A DNA stretch of 63,286 bases, counting the filler, from Octopus bimaculoides (lineage: Eukaryota), in the NCBI RefSeq assembly GCF_001194135.2. It is 6 parts of 4 records of this genome, joined end to end, with 100 filler letters (N's around TTAATTAATTAA, not from the genome) between each part and the next. Parts side by side here need not be neighbours in the genome. Positions count along the whole stretch, not along the records: positions 34,801 to 45,985 come from NC_068997.1; positions 46,086 to 54,842 come from NC_068982.1; 4 more parts are not named here. The stretch is one strand, 5' to 3'. A program made the position numbers and the translations under genes. Under the pieces are notes generated by a model that worked only from the letters and a program-made list of their open reading frames with translations, had not been told where the DNA came from and did no database searches. Positions within the stretch are counted from its first letter, which is position 1. The number at the start of each line of letters is the position of its first letter. Below, in pieces: positions 38,452 through 52,808 of the stretch.

Positions 38452-40383
38452 TGTGTGTGTGTCTGTGTGTTTATGAAGATTTAATATTCGTTTCATACAT
38501 ATATTTATATTATGTTTGTGTATATTACTATAGGCAGAAGCACGCACACACGCACTCACACACACACACAACTATTACAGATATCAAATTCGCACATCTG
38601 TAAAAATATGTGTGAATATATGTGTGTGTATAATGCGTGTGAATGTATGAGAGTATATAATGCGTGTGAATGTATGTATATGCCTCATAACTATCTTCTC
38701 TACAGGCAGCAGATATAATAGATGCTAAAATCGTAATCTTTAACCGATCATTCCGATCGAATGGGTCTTCATTTCCGCTGGGTTCTTTTTTTCACGAAAC
38801 TTCGTCGTTTATTGAATGGTCAGCATTGAAATCGACGCAAGAAGTATTAAAGAATCGCTTGGACGTACGAAGAATTTTACACTAATCTTAATGTAAAAGA
38901 AAAAATTCTTACGACAAGAGAAAACATACCAGATAATAATAATAATGAGGCGGCTGCTGTCGTTTCCCTTGACGAAAACTTCATTATACCGAAACACTAT
39001 AGAATAATCCAAATCAGTTTTCTCTCACTTAAATGCCTGATCAGATTCAACTGGGAAGAACACACAATCTCCATCATTATTACGTAAATGAAGTTATCGA
39101 AATTCATCTGATGCAATGCACGGCTGGTTCGCAATGAGTTTGGTCGTGAGATTAACTCATTCCATTTCTCGAATGTAAGATGCAGCAGCTATCAAACCAG
39201 CAACAACAATAATATTAATAACAACAACAGCAACAACAGCTGACGCTTATCGGATAGTTATTTATTCCAATCAAAATCTTGCTTGATCATAATGAAGTAA
39301 ATTTTGTTTTTCTCCGATTAATATAAATTATAACTGATGCATAATATTAAACAGTCTGTTAAACCCTTGCCGTTCTACGTTGGTTTTTAATTTGCTGTTT
39401 TTTCTTAATTTATTCAGATTTGCAACAAAATGAAGTTAAAGAGAAAATTGTACAAATATATTTTGGAATATTTATGCTTGCCATGTATATAAAAAAAAAA
39501 TTATCTAAATATTCAAATATATCATTTTACACTCACAATGAAAAACATTAAAAACTAATAAATCGTGATTTCCAAATCTCCTCTCTCTCCTCCTTTCTCT
39601 CTCTTTCCCTCTCTTCTATGTGTATCGTCACTTTTATTTCTTCTCTCTCTGTAGCTATCTGTCGATTCTAGAACTCTCTTCATTGTTTGACCAATGTACA
39701 TTCTGAGAGGAATTTGGTTTGTTTTTCTTTAGTCTTCTGAGTTTTTTCCGTTATAAGTTTTGGGTGTATGGAGTGGGGATGGGGGGTGGGGTGTATTTCG
39801 ATAAATAGATTTCGATAAAATCAACTGAAATCAATAAAATCAAATTGAAATAAATACTGGGATTGACATGATGAATAAGGCACTTGAAGGCTGTGTCATA
39901 CTATGACTGCATTCCTGGGAATGAAACCAGTAGATGAATTATATAAAAAAAAAAAAAAATGTGCGTAGGCGTATATTTGTTAGTGTGTGAGTGAGTATGT
40001 GTGTGTGAGTGAGAATGTGTGTGTGTGTTGTACAAATCGAAGAACTAGATGGACAGGTAAATACATATCCCAGACATCGGTACAATAAACAGAATCGATT
40101 CTTTGACCTTACCAAATAAGAGATATCATTTATCTTCAGATAATGAGCTTCACTTGACCTTTCCAAGAAAAGTCCAGTTTCGCTTTCCAACGGCTAGTGA
40201 AGTGAGACAAAGTAGAATATTGCTTTATTAATTAGTAGGCGCACTGACGGTGGCCATGACATTTACAGACCTTCCTAATCTTAAGAGATTAATGCAGTTG
40301 AAGTTTACCTTACATTTCTATACATTGACTCCTATGGGAGATAAACGTAGGAGCTGTCAAATCTCAATCATATCACTCTAAGA

Positions 40384-40420
40384 CAGTGCTTCCCAAAGCA
40401 GGTGGTACCAACCCCTGGGA
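40384..40420 (+). mobile_element. hAT (Charlie-like) element 5' end
   Basis: CAGTGCTTCCCAAA...GGTGGTACC start preceded by CTCTAAGA, which fits the NTCTARAN 8-bp target preference. No right end found. Confidence 0.45.
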
Positions 40421-40775
40421 ATAGGTAGAAACTGTTATATGGGTACAGAGAACGAAGTAGTGAGGCTGATAGCTGCATTTTTAATTTATCAGTTTTATTT
40501 TCATCCGGTAATATTGTTTTGACATAGGACGGCGAGATGTGCGGGGAGGGTAGTCGATACCAGCGACGTCAGTATTTGACAACTATTTAATCTTAATGAT
40601 CCTGAAAGAATGAATGTTAAAGTTGTTTTCGGCGTGATTTGAAACCGGTACGTATGAAGTCGTAAGAAATACTGTATGGTTTTTTTCTTGATGCTGTTAC
40701 AATTCTGTCAGCTCACTGCTCTTACTCTACGAGTTACACACAAACAAATATAGGTATTATATTATTTCAGCTATC

Positions 40776-40992
40776 AAGGCGGCGACCTGGCAGGAATCGT
40801 TAGCACTCAAGGCAAAACGTTTAGCGACATTTCGTCCGTCCTTACGTTCTGAGTTCAAATTCCGCCGAGGTCGACTTTGTTTTTTTATCGCTTTCGGGAT
40901 CGATAAAACAAATACCAGTTAAGCACTAGGATCGATGTAATCGATTTATTCCTTTCCCCGAAATTACTGGCCTTGTGCCAAAATTTGAAACC
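40776..40992 (+). mobile_element. SINE family A
   Basis: AAGGCGGCGACCTGGCAGGAATCGTTAGCAC head plus core. Confidence 0.88.
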
Positions 40993-41354
40993 AATATAGT
41001 CTTGACACATTTGCTTTGACATTCCAAGTCAGTAGCGTAGCTGAGAGGGGACGAGAAAAGGAGCAACTCTTTTATGGTGGCATCATTTTTGGGTCTGTTG
41101 TATAAGTCTGTTTAAACTGTGAAGAAATAAATTTGTAATGTATTTTTTGTTGGGAATCTGTTGGTACAATCTCCGGTCTGCACCAAGCGGTACAATACTG
41201 TAGCTACGTCACTGATTTAAGTTGTCTTTTAATGGTGATGAATAAACTTCTTTTATCATCGATCTAATTTCATTGAATTGTAACAAAGACATTGAAAAAA
41301 GTGTTAGTAAAACATGCGGGGAGGGGGCGGAGAATGATAATTAAAAGAAAAAAA

Positions 41355-41480
41355 AAAGAAAAGCCTGTGGTGGTCATCAAAGAGCATTTGGACAAATTTT
41401 TATCTGAGATACCGGATGAATCCATCTTGCTGCAGGAGGCACAAAGAATGGCAGTTCCATCCAACTCACTAATTCACACG
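41355..41480 (+). mobile_element. Fragment resembling a CR1/L2-type LINE ORF2 C-terminus
   Basis: IKEHLDKFLSEIPDESILLQEAQRMAVPSNSL resembles the 'K..LD.FL..IPDEP....SNSL' ending of such LINEs. Confidence 0.5.
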
Positions 41481-42013
41481 AAAAGAAACCCAATAACACA
41501 AGAAGGCGGTGGGCGTTCTTTGGTCTACTTTCTGCGTCTCCTTATTGGCTGTCATTTTCAGTCACTTCATTGGTATATTTTCTCAGTGTTTATTTTATTT
41601 GAGCTTGTCGATGAGGAACTGTGTTTGTATTTCAATATTCTTCTTTGCGGTTGTATTATTGTTGCACTCATTTAGCCCAAGGTCAACTTTGACCAAAATA
41701 CTGGATCAAAGCATTCAAGCTATGACTATCATGTCATTTTCCTGGGAGAAATGAACTCAGGATGTCATAATATGTTACACTCTTTTCTAAGACCGTAAGC
41801 TACGGCATGAGGTAATAGGGGTGTTATTTTTAGCAGGTTCAATCATTGGCTTGGTGATAACTTGGTCAGCATTTGTGTATATCTAAACTTTTGCGTAAGT
41901 GTGTGTGTGTGTGTGTGAGTGTATGTATTTGTGCGCGTGTACTACGATTGCATATGTTCGAGTAAACTATGCGTTCATTAAAGACACTTTGCAAGTGCAT
42001 GAATATATATGTG

Positions 42014-42082
<69 letters not shown>

Positions 42083-44760
42083 GTGTATGTGTGAGTGTGT
42101 AAGAATCAGTGTGTGTTTGTATGTAGGTGTGTTTGTTTACCGTTTTATATTTTGGTGAAGGCTTATGCTGGGATTAAATGATACTTTTGAAGTAACTGAA
42201 GCATTTAAACCACAGAGACAAACAACATATTGATTGGATGAAAATAAAAAAAAATAAAAAAATTAAATAGCACCAGATCATTTAAATACAGGTCACACAT
42301 GAGAAGACCATCTTTTAATGTTGGATATCAACGAAATACGCTACAAGATGAATGAGAGTAAATATAAAAGGTTAATTGACTAAATAATCCTTTACTGGCA
42401 AATATTGTTGCAAGGGATTTTTGCTGTTACTGGCCACAAAACACGATGAAACAGAAAGAGAAGAAAAAAATGAGTATAGTAAACACAGGGAAAAGGAAAT
42501 CTTTACGCTGTAATAAACCTCGGTACGGATTATGTTTGTTCCGAATTCTTTTTTTTACTCTGACAAAATCAGGACCGGTAGATCACGAACCAATCATAAA
42601 CTGTTTTGTTTCTTCGAGCACTTTTAGTTTTTGTTAAAAAAAAATAAAGGATTTATTTTACCGTGAGTAATTCAGTATATCAGTGTTTAGAATGTTTTTT
42701 TTTTTTTAGTTATGGTCTCTAAATAAAACAAAAACACAATAAATATATACGCAAACATTAAATAGATGTATACAGAAGCATTACTTGCATTTCTTTCTTT
42801 TAGAAACACTTGTAAACGTATTACTTTCAAGTTCTGCCCACGCATAAACACACCTACACACATATAATGTCAAATCCGTAGCCGTTACGCATGAGCGAGT
42901 ATTAAATGGCAACATGCGCCATTCTTTTGCTAATTGATTTTAGGCACCTATACATAGCCAATAAGTATAGGCATCCTCGTGCTTCTCCCACATTTTGAAC
43001 CAACAGAACATCAAGGATATGACAAATGTACCAGTTACGTACTGGTTTCGATGTAATCTACTATCCCCTCCCCCAAATCTCAGGCCTTGCACCTATAGTA
43101 GAAAGAAGTATATGTGTTCGTACACACGGGTTAATCGACTTTTTAAGTTGCTGGATTTGTGTCAAAATTTGAAACAATTGTCTTGTATTAAACTCAATGT
43201 TGAAATATTACATATGTTCACCAAAGATGAGTTTTAGTTGGAAATATTTGTAAGTCTGTAAAATGGTGTTCAACGACTAATAGGAGTTCATTTCCCTTGG
43301 TTGACCACACTGTTAAAAGTTTGCTTCTCATTCTTGTTTTGGAGAGATTTTTCAGGTTTAAAATAATCGACTTTTACCTCGAAGTTTACAGTATATATGT
43401 ATTTTACGGTCATAATATATAGAGTAAATGTATGAGAAATTATTATAAATATAAATTTATATACTTTGCTTCCTACGTACGTTTCACAGTTGTTGTTGCT
43501 TGAAACCTCTCCACTAGATACTTAACCAGAACGAATAATCAAGGGAACAACTTATTGCATTATGTTACAGGGATCAAATATCTGTTTAGCGCTCTTATGA
43601 TTCGGTTTCTTACGTTAACAATAGTGTTCATCAGCAAGAAAAAACAATATTCAAAATTTCTCGTTCGTGTTGTGCACGCTGCAGTTATCGTAAAATATTG
43701 CCATCACAAAATAAAAACGAAGAGAAGCAAAACGGTTACGGTCGAATATACTAGAAATTTACTGGTAAGATTTTGGAGCATTAGAATTAATTCGATATTG
43801 AAAAGCAGGTTATTGGCCAGAGAAAGACTTCAACAGAAGTTTGCTCCCCACAACAAAAAGAAGCTTTCCATTAATTACATCAAATTTGCCGAGCATTATA
43901 TTTAGAAAGATTATCTTATGGAACCTACTGAACAAAAGAAGATTACATTGTAGAAAGACATCACCAAAATGAGAGATCAAAGGTAGAAGAAAATCGCAAC
44001 AATTCGTAATAGCTAGGACTAAGGTCGTTAACCGCTATTATTGTGAAGTAAATGATTAATTTGTGGAGAATGAACAAAGTATAGTCTTTATTCCTGCACA
44101 GCTCTACTCGACAGCTTATCTAACTAGATACACACATTTCGACTCAATCCAATATGTAATTCAAGAATGAAAAAAAATTCGATTTCATGTCTGATATCTT
44201 TCTCTTCTCCACCTCTATTTCCTTTCCTTTTCTCTATACAACCCCTCCCCCACTACTACGATAAACAAACACACGTCAATGATACAAAGCGTCGCCTGAT
44301 CCAAGATGGAACCCTCGAACATGTGAGCGAAAACCCAGCAACGAACTACAAACCCACGCGTTGGTGTGTTTATGTCCCCGCATCATAGCAGTTCGGCTTT
44401 AAAAGCAGTACTGGGGGTCCATACATTCAACTAAAAATTCTTCAAGATGGTGCCTCAACATGACCGTAGTCTAATGACTTAAACCGAAGTCGACTTTGCC
44501 TCTCATCCTTTCGAGATCGATACATTTAGTACCAGTTGCGTACTGCCGTCGATCTAAGCGACTGGCCCCCCCTCCCTCAAAATTTTGGGCCTCGTACCTA
44601 GAGTAGTAAAGAACATAAAGATATCCGACTCAAGATATCCAACACAGCGGAACAGCAGGCTTTATATATGAGTTAACCTTCTCCCACAAGGATGACTTGA
44701 CAAGGACCAAGAGTCGCTTATTCCGAGCGGGCTTACTGCACTATCAGACACCAACCCTTG

Positions 44761-44806
<46 letters not shown>

Positions 44807-45129
44807 GTAACCAAAATGGAGAGGAACACCATTCCTACATGGAATCGGCTTGAAAAATTAAGATATCAAAATATTTTTCGTAACACGAAACCAATGGTAG
44901 CTTAATATACAAATAAAGAAATTTTATCCACCAGTACGGTGTTGAGCACTCGTTCTCATTGTTCGATATATATACTTATATAANNNNNNNNNNNNNNNNN
45001 NNNNNNNNNNNNNNNNNNNNNNNNNNNNNNNNNNNNNNNNNNNNNNNNNNNNNNNNNNNNNNNNNNNNNNNNNNNNNNNNNNNNNNNNNNNNNNNNNNNN
45101 NNNNNNNNNNNNNNNNNNNNNNNNNNNNN

Positions 45130-45203
<74 letters not shown>

Positions 45204-45635
45204 CTGTATGTCCATACGTATGTATATACACATAGTATTATAGTCAAGTTAAAACAACATACTCTGAAACGAATACCTACTCTGGAAAAATAAAGCCATT
45301 AGGTTTTCTCATGCATATTATGAGCAAATTTATTGAGTCTGCAAATCAAAACGTAACATCATGAATTTGGATGTAAACACGACTGAAGCACATTCTAATC
45401 AGCCTATAATAATAAAAATATAAAAGCGATTTTATTTGTTTTTATGTTTTTGAAATGGCATAGTTCAGATGTTTACCTTTCAATCTAACACAAACAAATA
45501 AATCAAATAAAAACTTAGCTGTGTCAGATCAATAAAATATAATACCGTATCACTACTTTACAATACCACAAGTGTTTGTGTGTGTGTGCGTGTGTGCGCG
45601 AGTATTTGTATGACTGTGTGTGTGTGTGTGTGTAT

Positions 45636-45676
<41 letters not shown>

Positions 45677-46606
45677 ACTTTTATAAGTAATATTCTAAAA
45701 GAAATATTCTAAAAGAATATATAACTGAACTTATGTTGAGTGCTCAATTATCTTGAGCAAATAAATGTGTATATATGTGTTTTTATATCATTAATAAATT
45801 CGTAGAACTCATCAATAATATATTCAGGAAAACAATATTTAATATTTTGAAAGATATACATCCAACATAACATGGTAACATAATAAATTTAAAAGTTTAA
45901 AACATAAATATACGGAATATAAATATGAATACATATAAAAATCTAAAAATAGATATATATATGTTTAAATATATATGCGTATAAANNNNNNNNNNNNNNN
46001 NNNNNNNNNNNNNNNNNNNNNNNNNNNNNTTAATTAATTAANNNNNNNNNNNNNNNNNNNNNNNNNNNNNNNNNNNNNNNNNNNNATATATATATATATA
46101 TATATAGATATTAGCAGAAATACATTTACCCCAATGTTTAACAATTTTCCTAAATACGTTGAGAAAGTTTCACATAAATATATAAATGCAGACATATAGA
46201 CAGCACCCACATGTTAGCACACATCTATATGCTATGATTTTGCAGGTTTCATGAATTGCATCGTATTACAAAATCTGCAAGATTTATAAGGAATATGTGT
46301 ATCCTATTAAAGAATATTCAGTCAATGTTACGAATACTACTCTGATATGTATGTATGTATGTATGCATGTATGCATGGTTGTTTATGTCTGCATGTAATC
46401 ATGCATGTATGTATGTATTTATGCATGTATGTATGCATGCCAGCATGCATGTATATGTGTATATCTGTTTATATATATTAAAGGTATATTAAAGGTAGAA
46501 TTAAAGGATTAAAGGTAATGTTATGCCACTTTTTAATAATCATTATTATTATTGTTGCTGATATACATAAATATGTGTGTGTATATATATATATATATAT
46601 ACATAC

Positions 46607-46665
<59 letters not shown>

Positions 46666-47259
46666 NNNNNNNNNNNNNNNNNNNNNNNNNNNNNNNNNNN
46701 NNNNNNNNNNNNNNNNNNNNNNNNNNNNNNNNNNNNNNNNNNNNNNNNNNNNNNNNNNNNNNNNNNNNNNNNNNNNNNNNNNNNNNNNNNNNNNNNNNNN
46801 NNNNNNNNNNNNNNNNNNNNNNNNNNNNNNNNNNNNNNNNNNNNNNNNNNNNNNNNNNNNNNNNNNNNNNNNNNNNNNNNNNNNNNNNNNNNNNNNNNNN
46901 NNNNNNNNNNNNNNNNNNNNNNNNNNNNNNNNNNNNNNNNNNNNNNNNNNNNNNNNNNNNNNNNNNNNNNNNNNNNNNNNNNNNNNNNNNNNNNNNNNNN
47001 NNNNNNNNNNNNNNNNNNNNNNNNNNNNNNNNNNNNNNNNNNNNNNNNNNNNNNNNNNNNNNNNNNNNNNNNNNNNNNNNNNNGTATATATATATATATA
47101 TATATATACAGCTTTACATAGACCCACATATGTTTCAACTGCACCGATTAGTAACCGTTGCAATTGCAACCCTGCTATCATACCTTGTAATATGATCGCG
47201 GTAACCAACTTATGAATAACATTATTAGCTTGGACACACACATATATATATGTATGTAT

Positions 47260-47425
47260 TACTCTTTTACTCCTTTACTTGTTTCAGTCATTTGACTGCG
47301 GCTATGTTGTAGCACCGCCTTTAGTCGAGCAAATCGACCCCAGGACTTATTCTTTGTAAGGTTAGTACTTATTCTGACGGTCGCTTTTGCCGAACCGCTA
47401 TGTTTCGGGGACGTAAACACACCAT
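47260..47425 (-). mobile_element. SINE family B, 3' module
   Basis: TACTCTTTTAC...CAGTCATTTGACTGCGG...GCCGAACCGCTA. Confidence 0.8.
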
Positions 47426-48176
47426 AAATATATATCGGCTTATACAAAGGAGAAAGCTTATTTCGTTTATGGGCCGCACACACTTCAAATCATTGTTTAG
47501 ATTGGAAAAATCCAGTGTGCATGCGTGCTTCTAACAACCTATGCGTTGGTCGTCCTTATTCCTGTGTCTGTGTCTGTGTTTAAACTATTGGTACACGCAG
47601 ATATATATGTATGTGCCTATGCATATGCGTATCATATTGTAGTCAACAACTCAATGCAGTAGTTCATATATATCTGTCCATGCTAATAATGTTATTCACA
47701 AGCTGGTTACCGCGGTCATTGACTTTCCTAACAGAAGAAAACATTCACCTAAAATCGATCAATACTCCTCTATTTCTTTACAGTTTCAAATTTCCCCTTC
47801 CGTTTTGCTCCATTTTTCCTCTCTGCTTATCATCTCACCCTCTTTCAAATTCCTTTCGATTCTGTCTGGAATTACCTTTCTTTCTCAGCCCTCTGCCTCT
47901 CCATTCAAAAGCAGTAATCAATTGTGTGCTAGTCTCTGCTCTGTTTAAGTTCTCATAAAATTACGGACAAACACAAATTGTTCTCGGTACCCGGGGAAGC
48001 ACCTTAACCGAAACGTCAGAAATTACTTCCAGTGTCTTACAAAATCATTATATAGATCCAAGAAATACACTTATACAACTTGTGTTGATGCAGACTTCTA
48101 AACGATTACTGTCTAGACATGAAAATACAAATCAAAGTAGACGCAGACACACTTATACAAACACAATACGTTGTGG

Positions 48177-48210
<34 letters not shown>

Positions 48211-49393
48211 ACATATATGCATATATATACTCATATATATATATATATATATATATATNNNNNNNNNNNNNNNNNNNNNNNNNNNNNNNNNNNNNNNNNN
48301 NNNNNNNNNNNNNNNNNNNNNNNNNNNNNNNNNNNNNNNNNNNNNNNNNNNNNNNNNNNNNNNNNNNNNNNNNNNNNNNNNNNNNNNNNNNNNNNNNNNN
48401 NNNNNNNNNNNNNNNNNNNNNNNNNNNNNNNNNNNNNNNNNNNNNNNNNNNNNNNNNNNNNNNNNNNNNNNNNNNNNNNNNNNNNNNNNNNNNNNNNNNN
48501 NNNNNNNNNNNNNNNNNNNNNNNNNNNNNNNNNNNNNNNNNNNNNNNNNNNNNNNNNNNNNNNNNNNNNNNNNNNNNNNNNNNNNNNNNNNNNNNNNNNN
48601 NNNNNNNNNNNNNNNNNNNNNNNNNNNNNNNNNNNNNNNNNNNNNNNNNNNNNNNNNNNNNNNNNNNNNNNNNNNNNNNNNNNNNNNNNNNNNNNNNNNN
48701 NNNNNNNNNNNNNNNNNNNNNNNNNNNNNNNNNNNNNNNNNNNNNNNNNNNNNNNNNNNNNNNNNNNNNNNNNNNNNNNNNNNNNNNNNNNNNNNNNNNN
48801 NNNNNNNNNNNNNNNNNNNNNNNNNNNNNNNNNNNNNNNNNNNNNNNNNNNNNNNNNNTATATATATACATATATATATGTATGTATATGTGTGTGTGTG
48901 TGTGTGTGTGAGTGTGTGTGTGCGTGTGTCGGTGTAAATTCAAATGTAATGTGTGTATGTTTTCAAATTGTATATATATATATACATGTATACACACACA
49001 TATATAAGGCGCCTCTGACGTTTCGCGCGAAACTACTTCTTCAGGAATAAAGTGAATGTAAGAATGGTATGACAATAAGCAATAAAATGAAAACAAGGGA
49101 AAAATTGGTGTTGCTTATATCAGGCCATATCAAGAATGATCGGAATTGAAGTGGAAAGGAAAAGGTCGATTCAAGAAAGAGCAACAAATCAGATACGTGC
49201 AATGAGTGACTGACTGTTGTGCATATATTTACGCGTACGTCACTGGTTTTCTGTAGGGTCATGTGTTTCGTTTATTTTAAAGACGCTATTGTTCGTATGA
49301 AAATGTAAAATATGAGAGCACATATCTTCATTGACATATGTACCGCATTCGTCTAATGTGAACGATTGTGCAATGCGTACGTGTGTGTGTGTT

Positions 49394-49424
<31 letters not shown>

Positions 49425-50401
49425 ATTTGTCTATTGTGAGCTTGTGGCCATTAGTGAGTGCATTTCTGTGTACTAATGGTTTACTTTAGAAATGTGCTTG
49501 TGTGTGTATTCTGTAAAGGTGTGTTTTATCCTACATCTGATGTATATGATGTTGATGTAGAATATTTTATGTCTGTGTGCATTTGCTTGTAAAGTGACTC
49601 TGTGCTAGAGAAGTTCCTTCAATATGTCTCTATGTGTTTATTGTATTGTAGAAATTTCGTGTGTTACAACTGTTGCATTTGACTGTCAATATGCATAGCA
49701 TAGCATGTACATTTACATGCATATATATATGCTTTGAACAAATTGATAATTTGTAGGTTTGTTTTACCAGCACAAAGAGACTAACGAAAATGCTTAGATT
49801 CTAGATGGATTCACATCCAAAACAGTTCGAACTAGCAACCGGAAATAAATATCACATACCTACATACACACGTAGGTACGTAAATACATATAAGCATACC
49901 CGCACATACCTAAGCACATACACACAGAAAGACGCATACAGACGAACAGATATACAAACGTACATATTAAAATGAGCTTGACAGCGCTGCATATAATTTC
50001 ATAAACTCGCATATAGATCAAAAGCAGTTCTTGCTGAAATAGGTAGAAAGTCATAGATATGTCAGAAAAATCAATAACACTGTATGCTGTGGCATCCACC
50101 ATGTGAGGCCTGACAGGCAACTATAAGATCCGTGACCTACATCTGTAAGCTTATGCTATACTCTCCTAAGGTGCCAGCAACGTATTGACAACTTTATAGG
50201 TTGATAAAATTACTCTTTCTTTTGGCATCTATTTTTGGCCTCGTCTTCTTTTTACTTACGTCTACTTCCGGTAACCATAATTCAATATGCTGCAGTTATC
50301 TTTGTGTCTTTTGTTACAATTCATATAGTCGAAATATATATTTGTATCGACTAATATCAATATATACATATAGATACACAGACATACGTACGAGTATACA
50401 T

Positions 50402-50522
<121 letters not shown>

Positions 50523-51641
50523 TATACACGCGTATATATATAAGAATACACACATAAATGCACATACATCCAAATGCATACACACACGCACACGCGCACA
50601 CACAATTGCGCGCGCAACATACACACAACTATATATATACATCTGTAACGTCGCAAAATATATTGACATATATGCTAATACATACAATTATAGAAGCAAG
50701 ACTATTTTTTCACATATTTTACTTCGCTGTTTTCTTAACCAATTTGGTCGGTTCTTTATATATAACTATTTATTGATCAGGAGTGTAGCTATCGATTTGG
50801 ATACATACCAGACATGCTATAATTTTCTGTCTAGTGGGATATATATTATCCTTTACGCACAGACATACACACAAATGTGTCTACATATATATATATATAT
50901 ATATANNNNNNNNNNNNNNNNNNNNNNNNNNNNNNNNNNNNNNNNNNNNNNNNNNNNNNNNNNNNNNNNNNNNNNNNNNNNNNNNNNNNNNNNNNNNNNN
51001 NNNNNNNNNNNNNNNNNNNNNNNNNNNNNNNNNNNNNNNNNNNNNNNNNNNNNNNNNNNNNNNNNNNNNNNNNNNNNNNNNNNNNNNNNNNNNNNNNNNN
51101 NNNNNNNNNNNNNNNNNNNNNNNNNNNNNNNNNNNNNNNNNNNNNNNNNNNNNNNNNNNNNNNNNNNNNNNNNNNNNNNNNNNNNNNNNNNNNNNNNNNN
51201 NNNNNNNNNNNNNNNNNNNNNNNNNNNNNNNNNNNNNNNNNNNNNNNNNNNNNNNNNNNNNNNNNNNNNNNNNNNNNNNNNNNNNNNNNNNNNNNNNNNN
51301 NNNNNNNNNNNNNNNNNNNNNNNNNNNNNNNNNNNNNNNNNNNNNNNNNNNNNNNNNNNNNNNNNNNNNNNNNNNNNNNNNNNNNNNNNNNNNNNNNNNN
51401 NNNNNNNNNNNNNNNNNNNNNNNNNNNNNNNNNNNNNNNNNNNNNNNNNNNNNNNNNNNNNNNNNNNNNNNNNNNNNNNNNNNNNNNNNNNNNNNNNNNN
51501 NNNNNNNNNNNNNNNNNNNNNNNNNNNNNNNNNNNNNNNNNNNNNNNNNNNNNNNNNNNNNNNNNNNNNNNNNNNNNNNNNNNNNNNNNNNNNNNNNNNN
51601 NNNNNNNNNNNNNNNNNNNNNNNNNNNNNNNNNNNNNNNNN

Positions 51642-51731
<90 letters not shown>

Positions 51732-52761
51732 AAGATATGTTTGTGTGCCTGTGTTTGTCCTGTCACCATCGCTAGACATCCGATGTTGGTGTCTTTACGT
51801 CCCCGTACTTAGCGGTTTAAATGTTTAAAAATGAAATAATCTGAAGACAGTTAATTTGAAAAAAAAACAGGAAAGTCTAGTTACTTAACCTGTCGAACTT
51901 ATATAAGTTCTTCCACAATTCAGACCAGTTTGTCTTTTGTCGAAAAAGATAAATATATCCCCTATGTTATTGTTGTTTATCACAGGTCAACTCCGATCAA
52001 AGATGTTAGGCCGTTTTCTTTTTGAAATGTATAAAGGAGATTTGACTGTCATTTTTTACAGGTTGAGCAACCAGGCACAGATTTTTTTCATTCAGTCGTG
52101 TTATGACTTTCAAGTCAAGTAGGAATCCCTTTAAAGTTGTCAAATGTCCATCTTTTTATCATCTGCTTTATCGCTCTCTTTTCGCTAACTGTTTTATTAT
52201 ATGAGATCTTTTTAATATATAAAATACTTTAGGTTATTAAATTACACGTTATTCTTATCACCTTCTCTGCACATTAAATGTATTTCAAACTTAACAATTA
52301 CTCGCTGCAAGCAAATATATTTGACCTGAAATGTCTATTGAACTCTTAAACTCTTTAAAACCCAAGAATTGTTAAGATTTCGAATACATTATTTCAACAT
52401 TAATGCTATATTCCTTTTAGATGATCAAAAACGAGCCAGGAAGACATTTAACAACAAAGAACTATCGAAAAAAAAAAAAGTTTAGATCAAGTTTCGATCA
52501 GTTTGCAACCCCACCCTAACCAAAAATAAAAACAAAAAAGGTAAAAAATGAAAAAAAGAATACAAAGAAATGAAATTGCAGCCTGGAAGATCAAATATCG
52601 ACTCTATTGTAGTTTGGGGAAGTAGAATAAGAATGGGTGTCGATAAAACCGTATATTTTCTATGCGCTTGAAAACAGACGAATAATTTTGGTACATAGTG
52701 GAAAACGGCATAAAAATAAATAAATGCAAGAAAAAGATGCAAATGGTATTTTATATGTATA

Positions 52762-52808
<47 letters not shown>

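Noticed and set aside
39029-39107. ATG-initiated 26-codon minus-strand segment ending at a phase-1 donor compatible with the exon at 28595
   Set aside because: It has no INSC-like residues, and such ATG-to-GT segments arise readily by chance.
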